Shown here: one piece after another, positions 1 through 11,087 of the stretch | How the letters are laid out: each line of letters starts with the position of its first letter | Numbering within the stretch: the first letter of the stretch is position 1 | Origin: Tubiluchus corallicola | Lineage: Eukaryota; Animalia; Priapulida | NCBI GenBank assembly: GCA_030141605.1 | Contig: JAQGDQ010000132.1 | Span: 186,001 to 250,000, forward strand | Direction: 5' to 3' | Length of the DNA: 64,000 nucleotides | Translations under genes and position numbers: made by a program | The notes under the pieces: generated by a model | The model's database searches: none | The model's input: the letters and a program-made list of their open reading frames with translations, nothing else | What the model was told of the DNA's origin: nothing

Positions 1-358
1 TCCCAGGTTGGAGCATGCTCAAATGTATAAACAATATGGTAACATTTTCTTCAAATTAAATAATACTTTCACAACCGAGCCTAAAAATTTTGCAAAAATA
101 TACCAGTTTGGTAAAAGCATTTACCATTTGTATCATCAGTTTATCTTAGTAACACATGCAATCTCGGTTGTAACAAAAATAATTTCTGTATAAAAAATAT
201 CAAAAAATCTCGTTTTTCATATTTTCACATATACCCCACACACCAAATGAAAAAAATAGTTATTTTGACAGTTACAGGTAACTACAGCGTATTTAAAAAT
301 CATAAATGTTGCTATCTGCATTACAGTGGCAAAAATAAAGCATAAGAAAATTTGGCAC

Positions 359-3300
359 CTTTCCAGCTTCTTTTCCTTCTGAAGCTGTTCCAACATTAAA
401 AAGATGCAGGCATCCATCACCACTGACAACCAGCAAGTAATTAGTGCCAATGTTACAAACGTCCGCCACTAAAACCACTATGATCTGAAGGTAGAAAAAC
501 AAATTACACATATTCGCGAATAAATTTATAACATTGTTTTCAATTGTTTACAGTCGTACTAATTAAAATTTCACTGGCTAAAGTTTACAATTCCCACACA
601 CAAGAAATTAGTTAGGGAAGCGGATTAGGGTTAGGGCTAAGGTCAAGGTTGGGGTTGGGGCTGGGGTTAAGGTTAGGGTTGGGATTGGGATTGAGGTTGG
701 GGTTGGTGTTGAGGCTAGGGTTAGCATTAGGGTTAAGTGTAGGATATTTAAAATTTAAATTGCGTGGGGAATTGTGAACTCCTTCCACTACACCTCGCAG
801 AAGGTATATATGCACAAGCCCTGCTTTTAAATATCTACAACACTTTTGCATTAAACATAGTCCTCAAGCTGGAACTAATATCATAAATCTGTGTAAACTT
901 CCATGTAAACTGCACAAGATGTAACACTTAGTAATGCAACATACATGTCTTGTGAAATAAATGGCAATCTTGAAGGTTGAATCTTGAATGATATCCTACT
1001 TGGTTACACAGGAGTTTAAGAAAGCTCTCCAAGGCTGTAACTTAATGACATGTCTTACAAAAGGTTTCCAATCATCATAGAAGCATGGTGGCGAACAGAA
1101 AAATGTTGCTGTTTCTAAATGAATGAAGTATATTACAGTAGTGTCATATCTACTAAGTCAGCTGCACAGGCAAGTACAGAATCATCTAGAAAAATTTTTA
1201 TGTATAAAAAAGCACGATTTAACAATAATACAACTTGCCATTCCCAAGCCAGATGCACGTTTCCATGCTACGGTATTACTCCCTTTGAAAATAAATAAGT
1301 CGCCATTAAGACAACCCACAACTAGCTCTGAATCCTGTAAAAAACGAAATTTATCTAAATATTAATCAAATGAGGCAAATTTGATTTCGAATAACAGTTA
1401 CCTGGGAGAAAAAAATCAAACTTTGTAATAATACTGTAGCTTGTTATAATTTTTGTTAATTCATTAGCATATTACCCACATACAGTAATATCCAAATATG
1501 CTAATTCAATTACCCAAAAATAAAATAGGCGTGACTCTTGCATTAATGTACATTTATGTATGAATAAATAAGAAATAAAAAATTAATTATACATAGTCAC
1601 TACTGCTATGTTCACTATATATGTGGCCTACCTCAAGTCTTCGGCATTACACATACGCAATGACAATAGCGCACTGACAGCAGCAAATTCAAGATCCAGC
1701 AGCATCAGGGTTCATTTATTGGAGACAGTTGTAGTGGAACAGGAACCTAGTTATTATCAAAGATATCATGCCTACCAGTGTCTTAACTACATTCAGATGT
1801 ATGTATAGTTTATCTTAGTAAAGAAAATAGCTGTGGGTAGACGAAAATATGCTACAGCAGTTCTCATGGCAACCAGCTGTCCATTTACACTAGCAGGGCC
1901 ACTGTTGCTTAACTTTTGGTCAGTAAGCACACCACGTGCTACTCAACCATTTCTTTCATCCCCAAAACTGTATACCCTAGTCCACTTACATACTATCTTG
2001 AAGTATTAGGGACAAAAAGTACTAAAATTATGAAAAAAAAACATTTCATTTTTACTACACACCATTTTCTTTTATTTGTCTTACAGAAAAAATAAAAAAT
2101 ATGGGCTTGCACATGTTATCTTTTTCCTCATAGCTGTTTGTCATTGGGATGTTACTAAAGTAACAAAACTTAATGAACTGTAAACTGGTAAAATCTGGAA
2201 AAACGAACCAGCACACTGAGAAAATAATGGTTTATGCTTTATCTTAAAGGAAGAAATAAAAACTAAAGAAACATGATACAAACAGGCATAATGTTAGTAC
2301 AAACATAACACATTATTAAAAAGGGAGCTCACTTCTTCCATTATTTTATAAAAAGTCTGTGAGTTTTGAAATAATAAACACTGCAGGAGATAACCACAGA
2401 TTAAGAAGAGCTATGGTTCTGTCATTCAATTTGGGAAACATTTCTTTACTTTCTTATTAGGTTTCACTACTTTCTGCTTTTTTATTGGGTAAATAAAATT
2501 ATAACTGTAGGTGGTGATTACGCATCTAAATGTAATTCTATATGAAGTATGAACTAGCGATACAAGGTAGTGAAAATTGACAAATTGACTGACTTAGGTT
2601 TTATACAATATTTATGCCGGTTAAGTAGAATTGGATAATTGAGGAAATCTTACAAAGAGTTATAATAGCCTTGGGCAGAAAAGCACATGCACAGAATTTT
2701 GTGTGCAGGTTTAAGTGCTTTAAGGCAAATGTGACTCTACCACTTGAGTTCAGTGGTTCAGTGGCAGCACTGTCAATGATTTTATCTCTTTTACCATTAT
2801 TCAGGAATTTCATACATCAGTGGTGCATTGAGAAAAATGAAGCTTTCTTTCTTCAAGTTTGCTGATTACATGAAAGAAATTAGACAAGAGATTATAGAAA
2901 TGTAGCAAAATCTGGTACAATATTTACATCAAAAAGGCAATGAGATTGATGAAGTTTATACTCAGCACAGAAAATGTAAGTGATCCATGTAGAAAACCAG
3001 AGTGATTATACATGATACCAATTTATCTGTCAGGAATGTAGATTTGTCTAAAGTCATTGAGGAATTTGAACGGCGGTGGTCAGCATAAGCTAAATTTCTA
3101 AAGTTATTTCATACAAGATCAAGAAGTGCAGTTTAACTGTGTTCCTTGGTGTTACCGGCAAAACCATCATGTACAAGAAAAAATTTTAGTTCTTCTGTTC
3201 TACAAAACACTGATGAAGATGTCAGGCAAGTCAGGACTTCTTATCATTGTAAAAACACTTGTACATTGTAACAAATACAGGAACAAGCTGTTTACATCAT

Positions 3301-5951
3301 ACCTGAACAAGATTTTTTGCAACTGAAAAGCTAGAATGTCTTTATAAAAATCGGCCCGCTGTTAGACTCGAAGAGATGGACTTACTGAAACATTGGCAGT
3401 ACTGAATCGCTGTAACAAATTAAAACTGTTTTTCGAATGGAACCACAGGTTGACTGTTTTCGCTTTAACTGGAGAGGCATATGGTGATCGTTACGAAAGT
3501 GATAACATGGTTTTGATGATGAGAACTTATTGGTGCAGAATTTGGTTTACCTGCGCATTATATATGATTCCTGTTCAAGGCGCTCAACACTTACCCACTG
3601 TACTTTTACCAATTCTGGCAAGGAACAAGGCACACTTTGTTCATCAGTATTTGATGTATCCTGGTTTAGCAAAGTTAATAGGCTACTTTGCTCAGTCGCA
3701 AGAGTGTTGCAAATAGTGAAACAGTGTGGTGATGGGAAACGCCATTTTTCCAGTGGATCAGTAATGGTAACAGCTGAGATGTTGGAAAAGGCCAGGAGAC
3801 GTGTTATCAAAGAAGTTCAGGATACAATTGAGGGAGAGTTAGAAAAATCGACACCAGATAAAGATGATAAACCCACTGGTAGATTTATGATGGATTTTGG
3901 GTGGTTGGCAGTGGATGCAGTGTCATGTCATTTTCACGTGGGACAACCAGCTACCCATTATTTTACCGTATGGACATCCATTGACATGGCTTTTCATGGA
4001 AGAAGTTCATGCTCCAGGGCATCTTGGGGTTGCGGCAACTCTGGAAAAGTACTGGGTTCCTCGTGGAACACAATTGGCCAAAAGTGTCAAGCACAGGTGT
4101 ACAATTGTAGACGTGTTGATGTCAGAGCAACGAAACAGGTAATGGGCCCTCTTCCAGAAGAAAAACTTAAGCCAGCTCCACCTTGGACAAATACAGGAGT
4201 TGATTTGTTTGGTCCATTTAGGGTATCATTTGGGAAGGCATATAGAATTCTGTTTGTGTGTTTAATAACAACGGCTGTCCACATAGAACTTGCAAACAGT
4301 TACTCCACTGGCAGCTTTCTTTCATGTCTTCCTCGGTTTGGTGCAATCAGAGGCTGGCCAACAAAGATGTTCAGTGATGGTGGGTAACGTCTGAGAGCAG
4401 CAGGCAAAGGATTGTTGGAAATGCATCAGCAGCTAGCAGGAAAAGATGTATCCAAATTCAGTGCTTCAAATAGATTTGCTTGGGAGTTTAGCTCCGCACA
4501 TGCTCCATGGTGGCAGGGGACAACAGACAAGTTGATTCATACATCAAAAAGGGCAATTTCAATGAGAGTTGGATGTGCGCTCATGAGCTATTCCGAGTTA
4601 CAAACTGTTCTTTACGAGGTGATGCAGCTGATAAACCAGCGACCTCTTCATGTAGATATTTCAGAGGAGAAGCATTTCAAAGCTTTGACACCGAATGATA
4701 TGTTGCTTAGTTGCAGCTCTTTGAATGTACCTCCACGTCTGTGGAACTACAAGGCATCATACAGAGATCGCTTTAGAGTGATTCAGACAATTGTCGACAT
4801 GTTTTGGCGCAAGTGGAGCAGAGACTGTGTGCAAGCCATGGTAGTTCGTCAGAAGTAGCATCATAGAGAGCGGAACATTCAAGCAGGAGATGTTGTGTTT
4901 GTTGCTGACACTAACACACTGCGAGGAGGGTATCAGTTGGCAATAGTCGATGAGGTGTTTCCTGGATCAGACGGAAATGTTCGTCATTGCATCGTCAAAT
5001 ACAAAAATATCAAACCAGATGAGGATGCTAGGAAGTATGGTGGTGCAACATATACAAGAGTGAGATGGCCAGTTCAGTGGTTGGTTATCTTGTTCCTGCA
5101 GATAGTTGGGAGATTTAAAATAGCACCGCATCTTTGTCATCTTGGGGGTGTTTTGTTAAGGAAACAATTTGATAATGTGCATTTTGTTACGCGGTGGAGC
5201 CATAATTAGTGTTTTTTAGACTTAGACTTAACAGAAAGTGGTAGTATCTTAGGGAGGTGCTACCCTCCTTTGGTAATTTGCCTGTAAAAATAATTTACCT
5301 ATTGCTTAAGCTGTTTACTGTACTATCTATTTACATACCATTGACTGGGTTTCAGCTAGAGTTAATGAGGTGTAACAGGAGTCCTGCCTATTGTATGTTG
5401 GGCAGTAGTAGTTCAGGCTTCATAGTCTGCTGGTAAAGTTCAGATTTCAAATGTCATAATGTAGTTTGTTAAGGTACGTTTGCTTCAAATTATATTTTGT
5501 GGTTTTTGATTTACTTAAACTGAGGTTAGTGCTTTAAATTTAATTTTTGTTGTAGTGTGTTAAACCTAGAAAAAAATATTAAGTTCCAAATGTTGCTTTT
5601 TATTTTCATTATTTCAGACTGCAATTTATGTTGAAACCCCCCCTCTCCACCACCTTCTCTTCTTTTTTGAGCACAGTAATAAAGGAAATCAACCTGTACC
5701 AAATTGTTCCTCATTTTTTGTTGAGGTTATGGGTTACCACATGTTGACAGATAGACAAACACAACAAAACACTCCAGATTTTAGAAACAGCAGAGAACGT
5801 ATTGTGTAACAACCAGCTAGGCTAGAATACTACTAATCAATAAGTAATAACATACATTATCATTATCCACGTCCCCAAGTATGATGCCTTTCATGCATAC
5901 ATTTCCTGATACGCTGAACTCAAGTTTGTCAACAAACGACACAGCCCTCAT
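359..5951 (-). CDS. ITFG2: ITFG2 (KICSTOR subunit, integrin-alpha FG-GAP repeat protein 2), 5' part; gene continues beyond the left edge
   Basis: Exons 5856-5951 ([32 protein letters not shown]), 1239-1334 (DSELVVGCLNGDLFIFKGSNTVAWKRASGLGM) and 359-484 (IIVVLVADVCNIGTNYLLVVSGDGCLHLFNVGTASEGKEAGK) are all phase 0 with AG acceptors. They match the recalled human N-terminus [61 protein letters not shown]. The exon 2 donor is GC (ATG|gcaagt); the exon 3 donor (AAG|gtgcca) is weak. Confidence 0.9.
582..780. mobile_element. MITE-like element with internal degenerate (TTAGGG)n array
   Basis: Inverted ends agtttacaattcccac (582-597) and gtggggaattgtgaact (764-780) enclose about 20 degenerate hexamers of the TTAGGG/TTGGGG/TTAAGG type (about 611-740). 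Confidence 0.65.
1600..1955 (-). mobile_element. Degraded SINE-like element with a 5S rRNA-like internal segment
   Basis: The minus strand at about 1868-1930 reads ..ccaaaagttaagcaacagtggccctgctagtgtaaatggacagctggttgcc, resembling the 5S box A/IE/box C region (gaagctaagcagggtcgggcctggttagtacttggatgggagaccgcc). A possible L2-like tail lies near 1600-1660. Heavily diverged. Confidence 0.35.
2820..3090 (+). mobile_element. Possible degraded DNA transposase (hAT-like C-terminus)
   Basis: A stop-interrupted frame ends ..RVIIHDTNLSVRNVDLSKVIEEFERRWSA*, reminiscent of the hAT dimerisation-domain end (iDld.vIdeF). Similarity is weak. Confidence 0.25.
3429..3655 (+). pseudogene. Truncated, diverged duplicate of the COLGALT 5'UTR and N-terminal coding region
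   Basis: Aligns with 7142-7380. 5'UTR blocks match (tttttcgaatggaacca vs tttttcaaatgaacca; gataacatggttttgatgat vs gatagcatggtttggatgat). The translation WCRIWFTCAL..VQGAQHLPTVLLPILARNKAHFVHQYL matches WCCIWFTWVL..VQGDQHLPTVLLPILARNKAHTLPQYL. Homology stops abruptly at about 3655. Confidence 0.9.
3650..5520 (+). mobile_element. BEL/Pao LTR retrotransposon remnant (pol 3' half: integrase and C-terminal domain, PPT, start of 3' LTR)
   Basis: Frameshifted ORFs 3530-4387, 3897-4142, 4412-4858 and 4895-5209 carry BEL/Pao motifs: PIILPYGHPLT..H..GH.GV...YWVPRG, MGPLPEEKL.PAPPWTNTGVDLFGP, CLITTAVHIEL, RGWP..MFSD, APWWQG, LTPN..L, FWRKW, VFPGSDG.VR, PVQWLVIL. A G-tract (5144-5148) is followed by TGTT at 5149, a likely LTR start. 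The right boundary is approximate. Confidence 0.9.
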
Positions 5952-6950
5952 ATTTTTATTATTTGATATATATACAGTTAAAATGATGAATACGCACTTT
6001 ATACCTAATTGCACTCTGCATACTTATTAATCAACGTGTGCTTCAGTGTACTCGGCGTGCTGTACAAGTACCAGACGCAGTACATTCATAGCAAATGACG
6101 TCACGTTCAGGGAAAACAATGAATACAACTCTTAGTCACCAATTAAAAATCATTTTAGCATTTTTGTAAATACAATAGAATGGCTGGAGTGGATTCAAGA
6201 AGAAGTGCCTGCGAGCGTCGCAAAATGGGTCAATATTATAAAAATTAATCTAGTGATCGGGTGTATTTGTCTGGCTAGGAGGAGAGGTCCGAGCTGAGGA
6301 TGATGATAATAGACTTCGCGTGGTGGTGTGTGTGGTATTGAATAATTACTTCTATTAATATAGATTTAAAGCTTCGTGTCTGATATTCAGTTTTGAGATC
6401 CAACTTGCTAAATAATTTTTAGATTTACAAGGCGTACCTAATGCAGACTGGGTGCTATTCGGGTCTTTTCAGGTACCTGTTTGGGCTGTGCCAGTTCATT
6501 TCGCTCTGTTTTATTTTCTGAACGTCATTTTACGGTTGCAATTTTATGCAACAGGAAGGAGCAGCGGAAATCTGATTCATTTAATGGGAGTCTTCGGGAC
6601 AGTAGAACACATATTACTTCTGCTAATTGCTTTAATAATTTTCCGGTCCTAATAATATTTTTAACTTCTCACCTCTTTATTTTCGGATGTCGGCTTTTTC
6701 TCATTATATATGTGTCACTGATTTACCCAAATGCTTTTGACGTCACATGCGTTTTACTTGCTAGTAGCTAACAAACCTTTACATTGGCCTCACACTTTCT
6801 CTTCTATAAAAAATAGTTTCTTTATTGGCTAATTTGTATTGTACTGCATGTGTGAAATAAATGCATCTTATAACTTGTTTCTTTTCGACCATAAATACTC
6901 TTAAAAAATGAAATAATGCTACTTAGAAAATTGATACATGTAATGAAGGT
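5952..6950. promoter_or_regulatory. Divergent ITFG2/COLGALT promoter region with two perfect CRE sites
   Basis: TGACGTCA at 6096-6103 and 6738-6745; ATTGG (CCAAT) at 6783-6787 and 6824-6828; TATAAAA at 6805-6811. A candidate COLGALT 5'UTR donor AAG|gtaatc is at 6949 and an acceptor ttttcag| ends at 7130. Confidence 0.5.
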
Positions 6951-7222
6951 AATCGGCAGACAGAACCGAATGCAACTTTAATCTGACCTTCTCAATGAGC
7001 AGTAAGATGACAGATTCATAAAACAGTGCCTTGGGAATTATAGCTCACCTGATTTGTAGGCCAACTACTGTGTAACTATACCTAATAACTTGTCGTTATA
7101 TTCTTAATAAATGAATGCTTTAATTTTCAGATTTGTGTATATTTTTCAAATGAACCAGCAAGTGTTTTACTAGGATAGTCACCTGGTCATGACAATGATA
7201 GCATGGTTTGGATGATTTGACG

Positions 7223-9031
7223 ATGTTGCCACGAAGAAATCATTGGTGTTGCATTTGGTTTACTTGGGTATTATGTGCTGCTACTGCTTGGGACACTGTT
7301 CAGGGGGATCAACACTTGCCCACTGTACTGTTGCCAATTCTGGCAAGGAACAAGGCACACACCCTTCCTCAATACTTAGGGTATATCGACAACTTGCAAT
7401 ATCCTAAAAAGCGTATGGCACTATGGATTCGAACTGATCACAACGTAGACAATACTTCTGCAATTTTGCAGGAATGGGTGAATAATGTTGGACATTTGTA
7501 CCATTCTCATGATTTTGTTACATCTAGTCTCCCGACGTCTTTTCCCGACGAACTAGGTCCACTTGCCTGGCCACGTTCACGTTTTAAGCACATAATCAAT
7601 CTGCGTGAGCAGGCTTTAGATGTTGGACGCCGAATGTGGGCTGATTATATCTTTTACGTTGATTGTGATAACATATTGGAAAATCCAGATGTACTACAAA
7701 TACTGATGAGTAATAACAAAACTCTTATTGCACCTATGATGGAATCTCAGTACACTTCTTCTAATTTTTGGTGCGGCCAGGATAGCGAGGGTTACTACAG
7801 GAGAACAGAAGATTATTATCCTATTTTAAATAGGACTCGGCTAGGATGTTTTCCCGTTCCTGTTGTTCATTCAACTTTTCTGGTTGACTTGCGGCAGTAC
7901 TCTTCTGATTTGTTGACATTTGATAACAGCAAGCTACCCGGATACAATGGGCCATTTGACGATATTATTATATTTGCTTATTCGGCTCAAGTAGCTGGTG
8001 TGCAGCCCTACATATGTAATTATGATGAATTTGGACACTTTACTGCTCCCTTATCAGACTACGAGTTGCTTGAAGATGACATTGAAGCATTTACTGAGTT
8101 GAAGCTTGATGCCATGATCTCATATTCTCAGTGGCCATTCTTATGGAATCTGACAAAGAGACCATATGGTGAAAGTCTGCCAATGTTGGTGTCAAAGCAC
8201 ATATCCTTGCCAAAACGTAAGAAGGACTCACTTGGATTTGACAAAGTTTTCCTAATAAATCTTGTTCGTCGATCATTTCGACGAGAACGCATGCTGGCCT
8301 CTTTGGAAGAACTGGGCATAGAAGTGCAAGTTGTTGATGCCACAGATGGACAGCAGCTGAACAGCTCATGGCTCCGGGAAAATAACATTAAAGACCTGGA
8401 AGGGTATGAAGATCCATATCACAAGCGACCTATGACCATGGGTGAAATAGGTTGCTTTATGTCTCACTATAGAATTTGGGAGGAGATTGTTCAAAAGGGC
8501 TACAACACGGTACTTCTGTTCGAAGATGATGTACGCTTTGAAAACCAGTTTAGATATAAACTAGGGATTGTTATGAATGATGCTAAAAAAGTCGACTGGG
8601 ACCTGATTTATCTAGGCAGAAAGATTCTCTCTGAAAAGGAATCTTGGGTGAAGGGAGCTAAGGTTTTGGTTAATCCGGATTATACTTACTGGACACTTTC
8701 GTACGCCATTACGTTGGAGGGGGCCAAAAAATTGCTGGATCAAAAACCGCTGCGAAAGATGGTTCCTGTTGATGAATATTTGCCGATAATGTACAACAAG
8801 CATCCACGGGTAGACTGGCGTGCTAAGTTTTCGCCACGAAATTTGCGAACATTTGCGGCGGAGCCTATGCTGGTATTTCCTACACATTATACATATGAAG
8901 AGAACTATATCAGTGATACGGAAGACTCAGCGACGCTCAAAAACTCCGCTTCCACTCACCAACCCTTGCCAAATCCAAATGAGTTGCCAAAGGCAGATAG
9001 TCATTTTGCTCATAAGCACGGAGAATTGTGA
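7223..9031 (+). CDS. COLGALT1: Procollagen galactosyltransferase (GT25; COLGALT1/2/CERCAM family), intronless CDS, 602 aa
   Basis: Uninterrupted ORF; first in-frame ATG at 7223 followed by a hydrophobic signal-like segment. Family motifs: PTVLLPILARNKAHTLP, WIRTDHNVDNT, WADYIFYVDCDN, SNFWCG, FLINLVRR..RRERM, GEIGCFMSHY, FEDDVRF, PVDEYLP, YISDTE. C-terminal ER-retention-like HGEL. Confidence 0.95.
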   Translation: MLPRRNHWCCIWFTWVLCAATAWDTVQGDQHLPTVLLPILARNKAHTLPQYLGYIDNLQYPKKRMALWIRTDHNVDNTSAILQEWVNNVGHLYHSHDFVTSSLPTSFPDELGPLAWPRSRFKHIINLREQALDVGRRMWADYIFYVDCDNILENPDVLQILMSNNKTLIAPMMESQYTSSNFWCGQDSEGYYRRTEDYYPILNRTRLGCFPVPVVHSTFLVDLRQYSSDLLTFDNSKLPGYNGPFDDIIIFAYSAQVAGVQPYICNYDEFGHFTAPLSDYELLEDDIEAFTELKLDAMISYSQWPFLWNLTKRPYGESLPMLVSKHISLPKRKKDSLGFDKVFLINLVRRSFRRERMLASLEELGIEVQVVDATDGQQLNSSWLRENNIKDLEGYEDPYHKRPMTMGEIGCFMSHYRIWEEIVQKGYNTVLLFEDDVRFENQFRYKLGIVMNDAKKVDWDLIYLGRKILSEKESWVKGAKVLVNPDYTYWTLSYAITLEGAKKLLDQKPLRKMVPVDEYLPIMYNKHPRVDWRAKFSPRNLRTFAAEPMLVFPTHYTYEENYISDTEDSATLKNSASTHQPLPNPNELPKADSHFAHKHGEL

Positions 9032-11034
9032 AATGGAGAAAAGATTTTTACTACATTAGTGTTTTTAATAAAAAATTTTCTCTTGTAGGAATTGTTTTCC
9101 ATATGAGTCTCAGTTGGCCTGTTTATATTACACATGAATATCACACTTGTTGGCAAAGTTAAAATAAGGAGATCTTGTTTCTTTGTCTAAATGTACACAG
9201 TATTATGTTAAATATTTATTCCAGTATGTATACTGATGCTTTTTCTTTGCTGTGTCTACATCGTCCTGCTTCTTTTTTGCAGTAAATTTCTGAAAGTTTT
9301 TGGTCATTATTGGAAGGCCTAGGATGTTGTACCAATTTTTAGAAACAATGCAGTTTATATTGCCTTATGCAATGAAATGAGGATGATAAGTACAGCTTTG
9401 CTAAGCTTGTTTCCAGTTTGCAGTTGACCCTGCAAGGCTTCTACTGGTTGTTGCTAAAATGTCCGTCCTAATTTAGTTTATGACAGCTGCTAATTTACTA
9501 AATCAAAGTGAGTCTGCTGCCAAAGTGTACTAGTCATGGGTAAAGTAGAAGTTGCCATGTTAACTACGTGTTATTGTTAATTTGATAGTTAAACGAAGAT
9601 GAGCATGGACCCTAACATGTTCTTGGTGATAAAGTTTTACATTGGATGAATGTAGTGTTTTTTTAATTTGGAAGTATGATTTTAATGTAAGGTCTACGTA
9701 GTTGTTGTTCTGCGCATATGCAAAGTAGTTAGTTAGTTAATTGCAAATGACAATAAATTAATAAAATTTATGATAACACGGCATCTCATTTTTACTAGTG
9801 CAATAAGTGCATAAACAAATAGGTAGTTTTTAACATTACGATACTTTCATTTAGGATTGTACAGGTACCATGAAATATTTTTGTACCATTTAAGTAGTTA
9901 GGTAATTTAGGTTTTATATTGTTCACTACTCTATACTCGTTATTATACGTGAATGTTTTTCAAAATATGTAAAAATGGTGCTACAAATTGTAGATAAGTG
10001 TAACTACTAGTGATGCTTCTGTGCAAGTGACTCTCTGTACTTAGCTTACTGTATGGAAATAAAAAGGTGCAAGCAAATGAGTCATTAGTTAACATTAGCC
10101 CTGCTCGTGCTGCTTGAGTTAAATCGCTTTAACAGTTCTCAAAGCTTTTTGTGTGTTTATTTTAGATCAGTAGTTCAGCAGTATTAGAGAATTCGCATAA
10201 TTGCGTTGTTTGAGAATGGTAGAATTTTATGATTCAAATGTGGGTCTTATGTTTCTTATTATGAGTTACAGCTGCATGACATTATAGTCATGTATTATAA
10301 GTACTGACTATGGTGGTTACATAATTGTTAGTATCTTAGTGTTGATTAAATTTTATATTGTACTAAGTAATGCGAATTTGATGCGTATCGCCGCTTATTG
10401 CTCACCTTTATAAATTTTTTTTTTAATTTATGCAGTAAAAATACATAAGAAAGTAAAAAACAACTATAATTTATAAGGTTGTTTGAATACTTTCTTTCTG
10501 CAATAGTGACATGCACATACCAAGTGCAGCATTTTCCTACTTATTGCCAAATTTGTATCATTTAACACTTAACTGTGGCATGTGTTGGTAAAGTTCTTAG
10601 ACTAGCGTTTTTGAAACTTTGGTATGAACTTCACTAACTCTCTGTAAAATTGCAGTATTGAGTGTTGGTACTTGAATGAATTTGTCTACCTTGGTTATTT
10701 TCATGAAATGAGTAGCTAATGCCACATATTGTGTACGACTGTACGTCCGATGTAAAATTACTCAAACTGTTTGTTTGTCTGGTTGCAAATCGTATAAGCA
10801 AGTGTAATTATGCATTTGCGTTTCTTTTTAGAGCGACCTTGCGTTACTTTGCACCTACTAGTTTTCTCTGTGACTAGAGCTTTAACGTTGGTTGTGAAGT
10901 ATAGCTGATAACTCCTTTATGTGAAAGCTAAAAGCCAAATATCAATAACGTGTATAATGTTTTTTTATTTTCACAATTTTCACACTCTATTGAGTAAGTG
11001 AACACTAAACAGTTATAAAATTATACATGCAGTT

Positions 11035-11087
11035 AATAAAAACAATGAAACTTATAATGTTATTGTTAATTACTTTCATCATTTATT
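11035..11087. terminator. Face-to-face poly(A) signals of the convergent COLGALT (+) and GIT (-) 3'UTRs
   Basis: AATAAA at 11035-11040 (+) and TTTATT at 11082-11087 (AATAAA on -). Strand composition appears to switch from T/G-rich to A/C-rich around this point (visual impression). Confidence 0.5.

Noticed and set aside
612-851. ORF with NPNPNLNP repeats
   Set aside because: It is the translation of the complementary strand of the telomere-like array, not a gene.
3530-4387. 285-aa ORF as a functional COLGALT-integrase fusion
   Set aside because: It starts at TTG, reads the COLGALT piece out of frame and drifts out of the Pao pol frame in the middle; the integrase is broken by stops and frameshifts.
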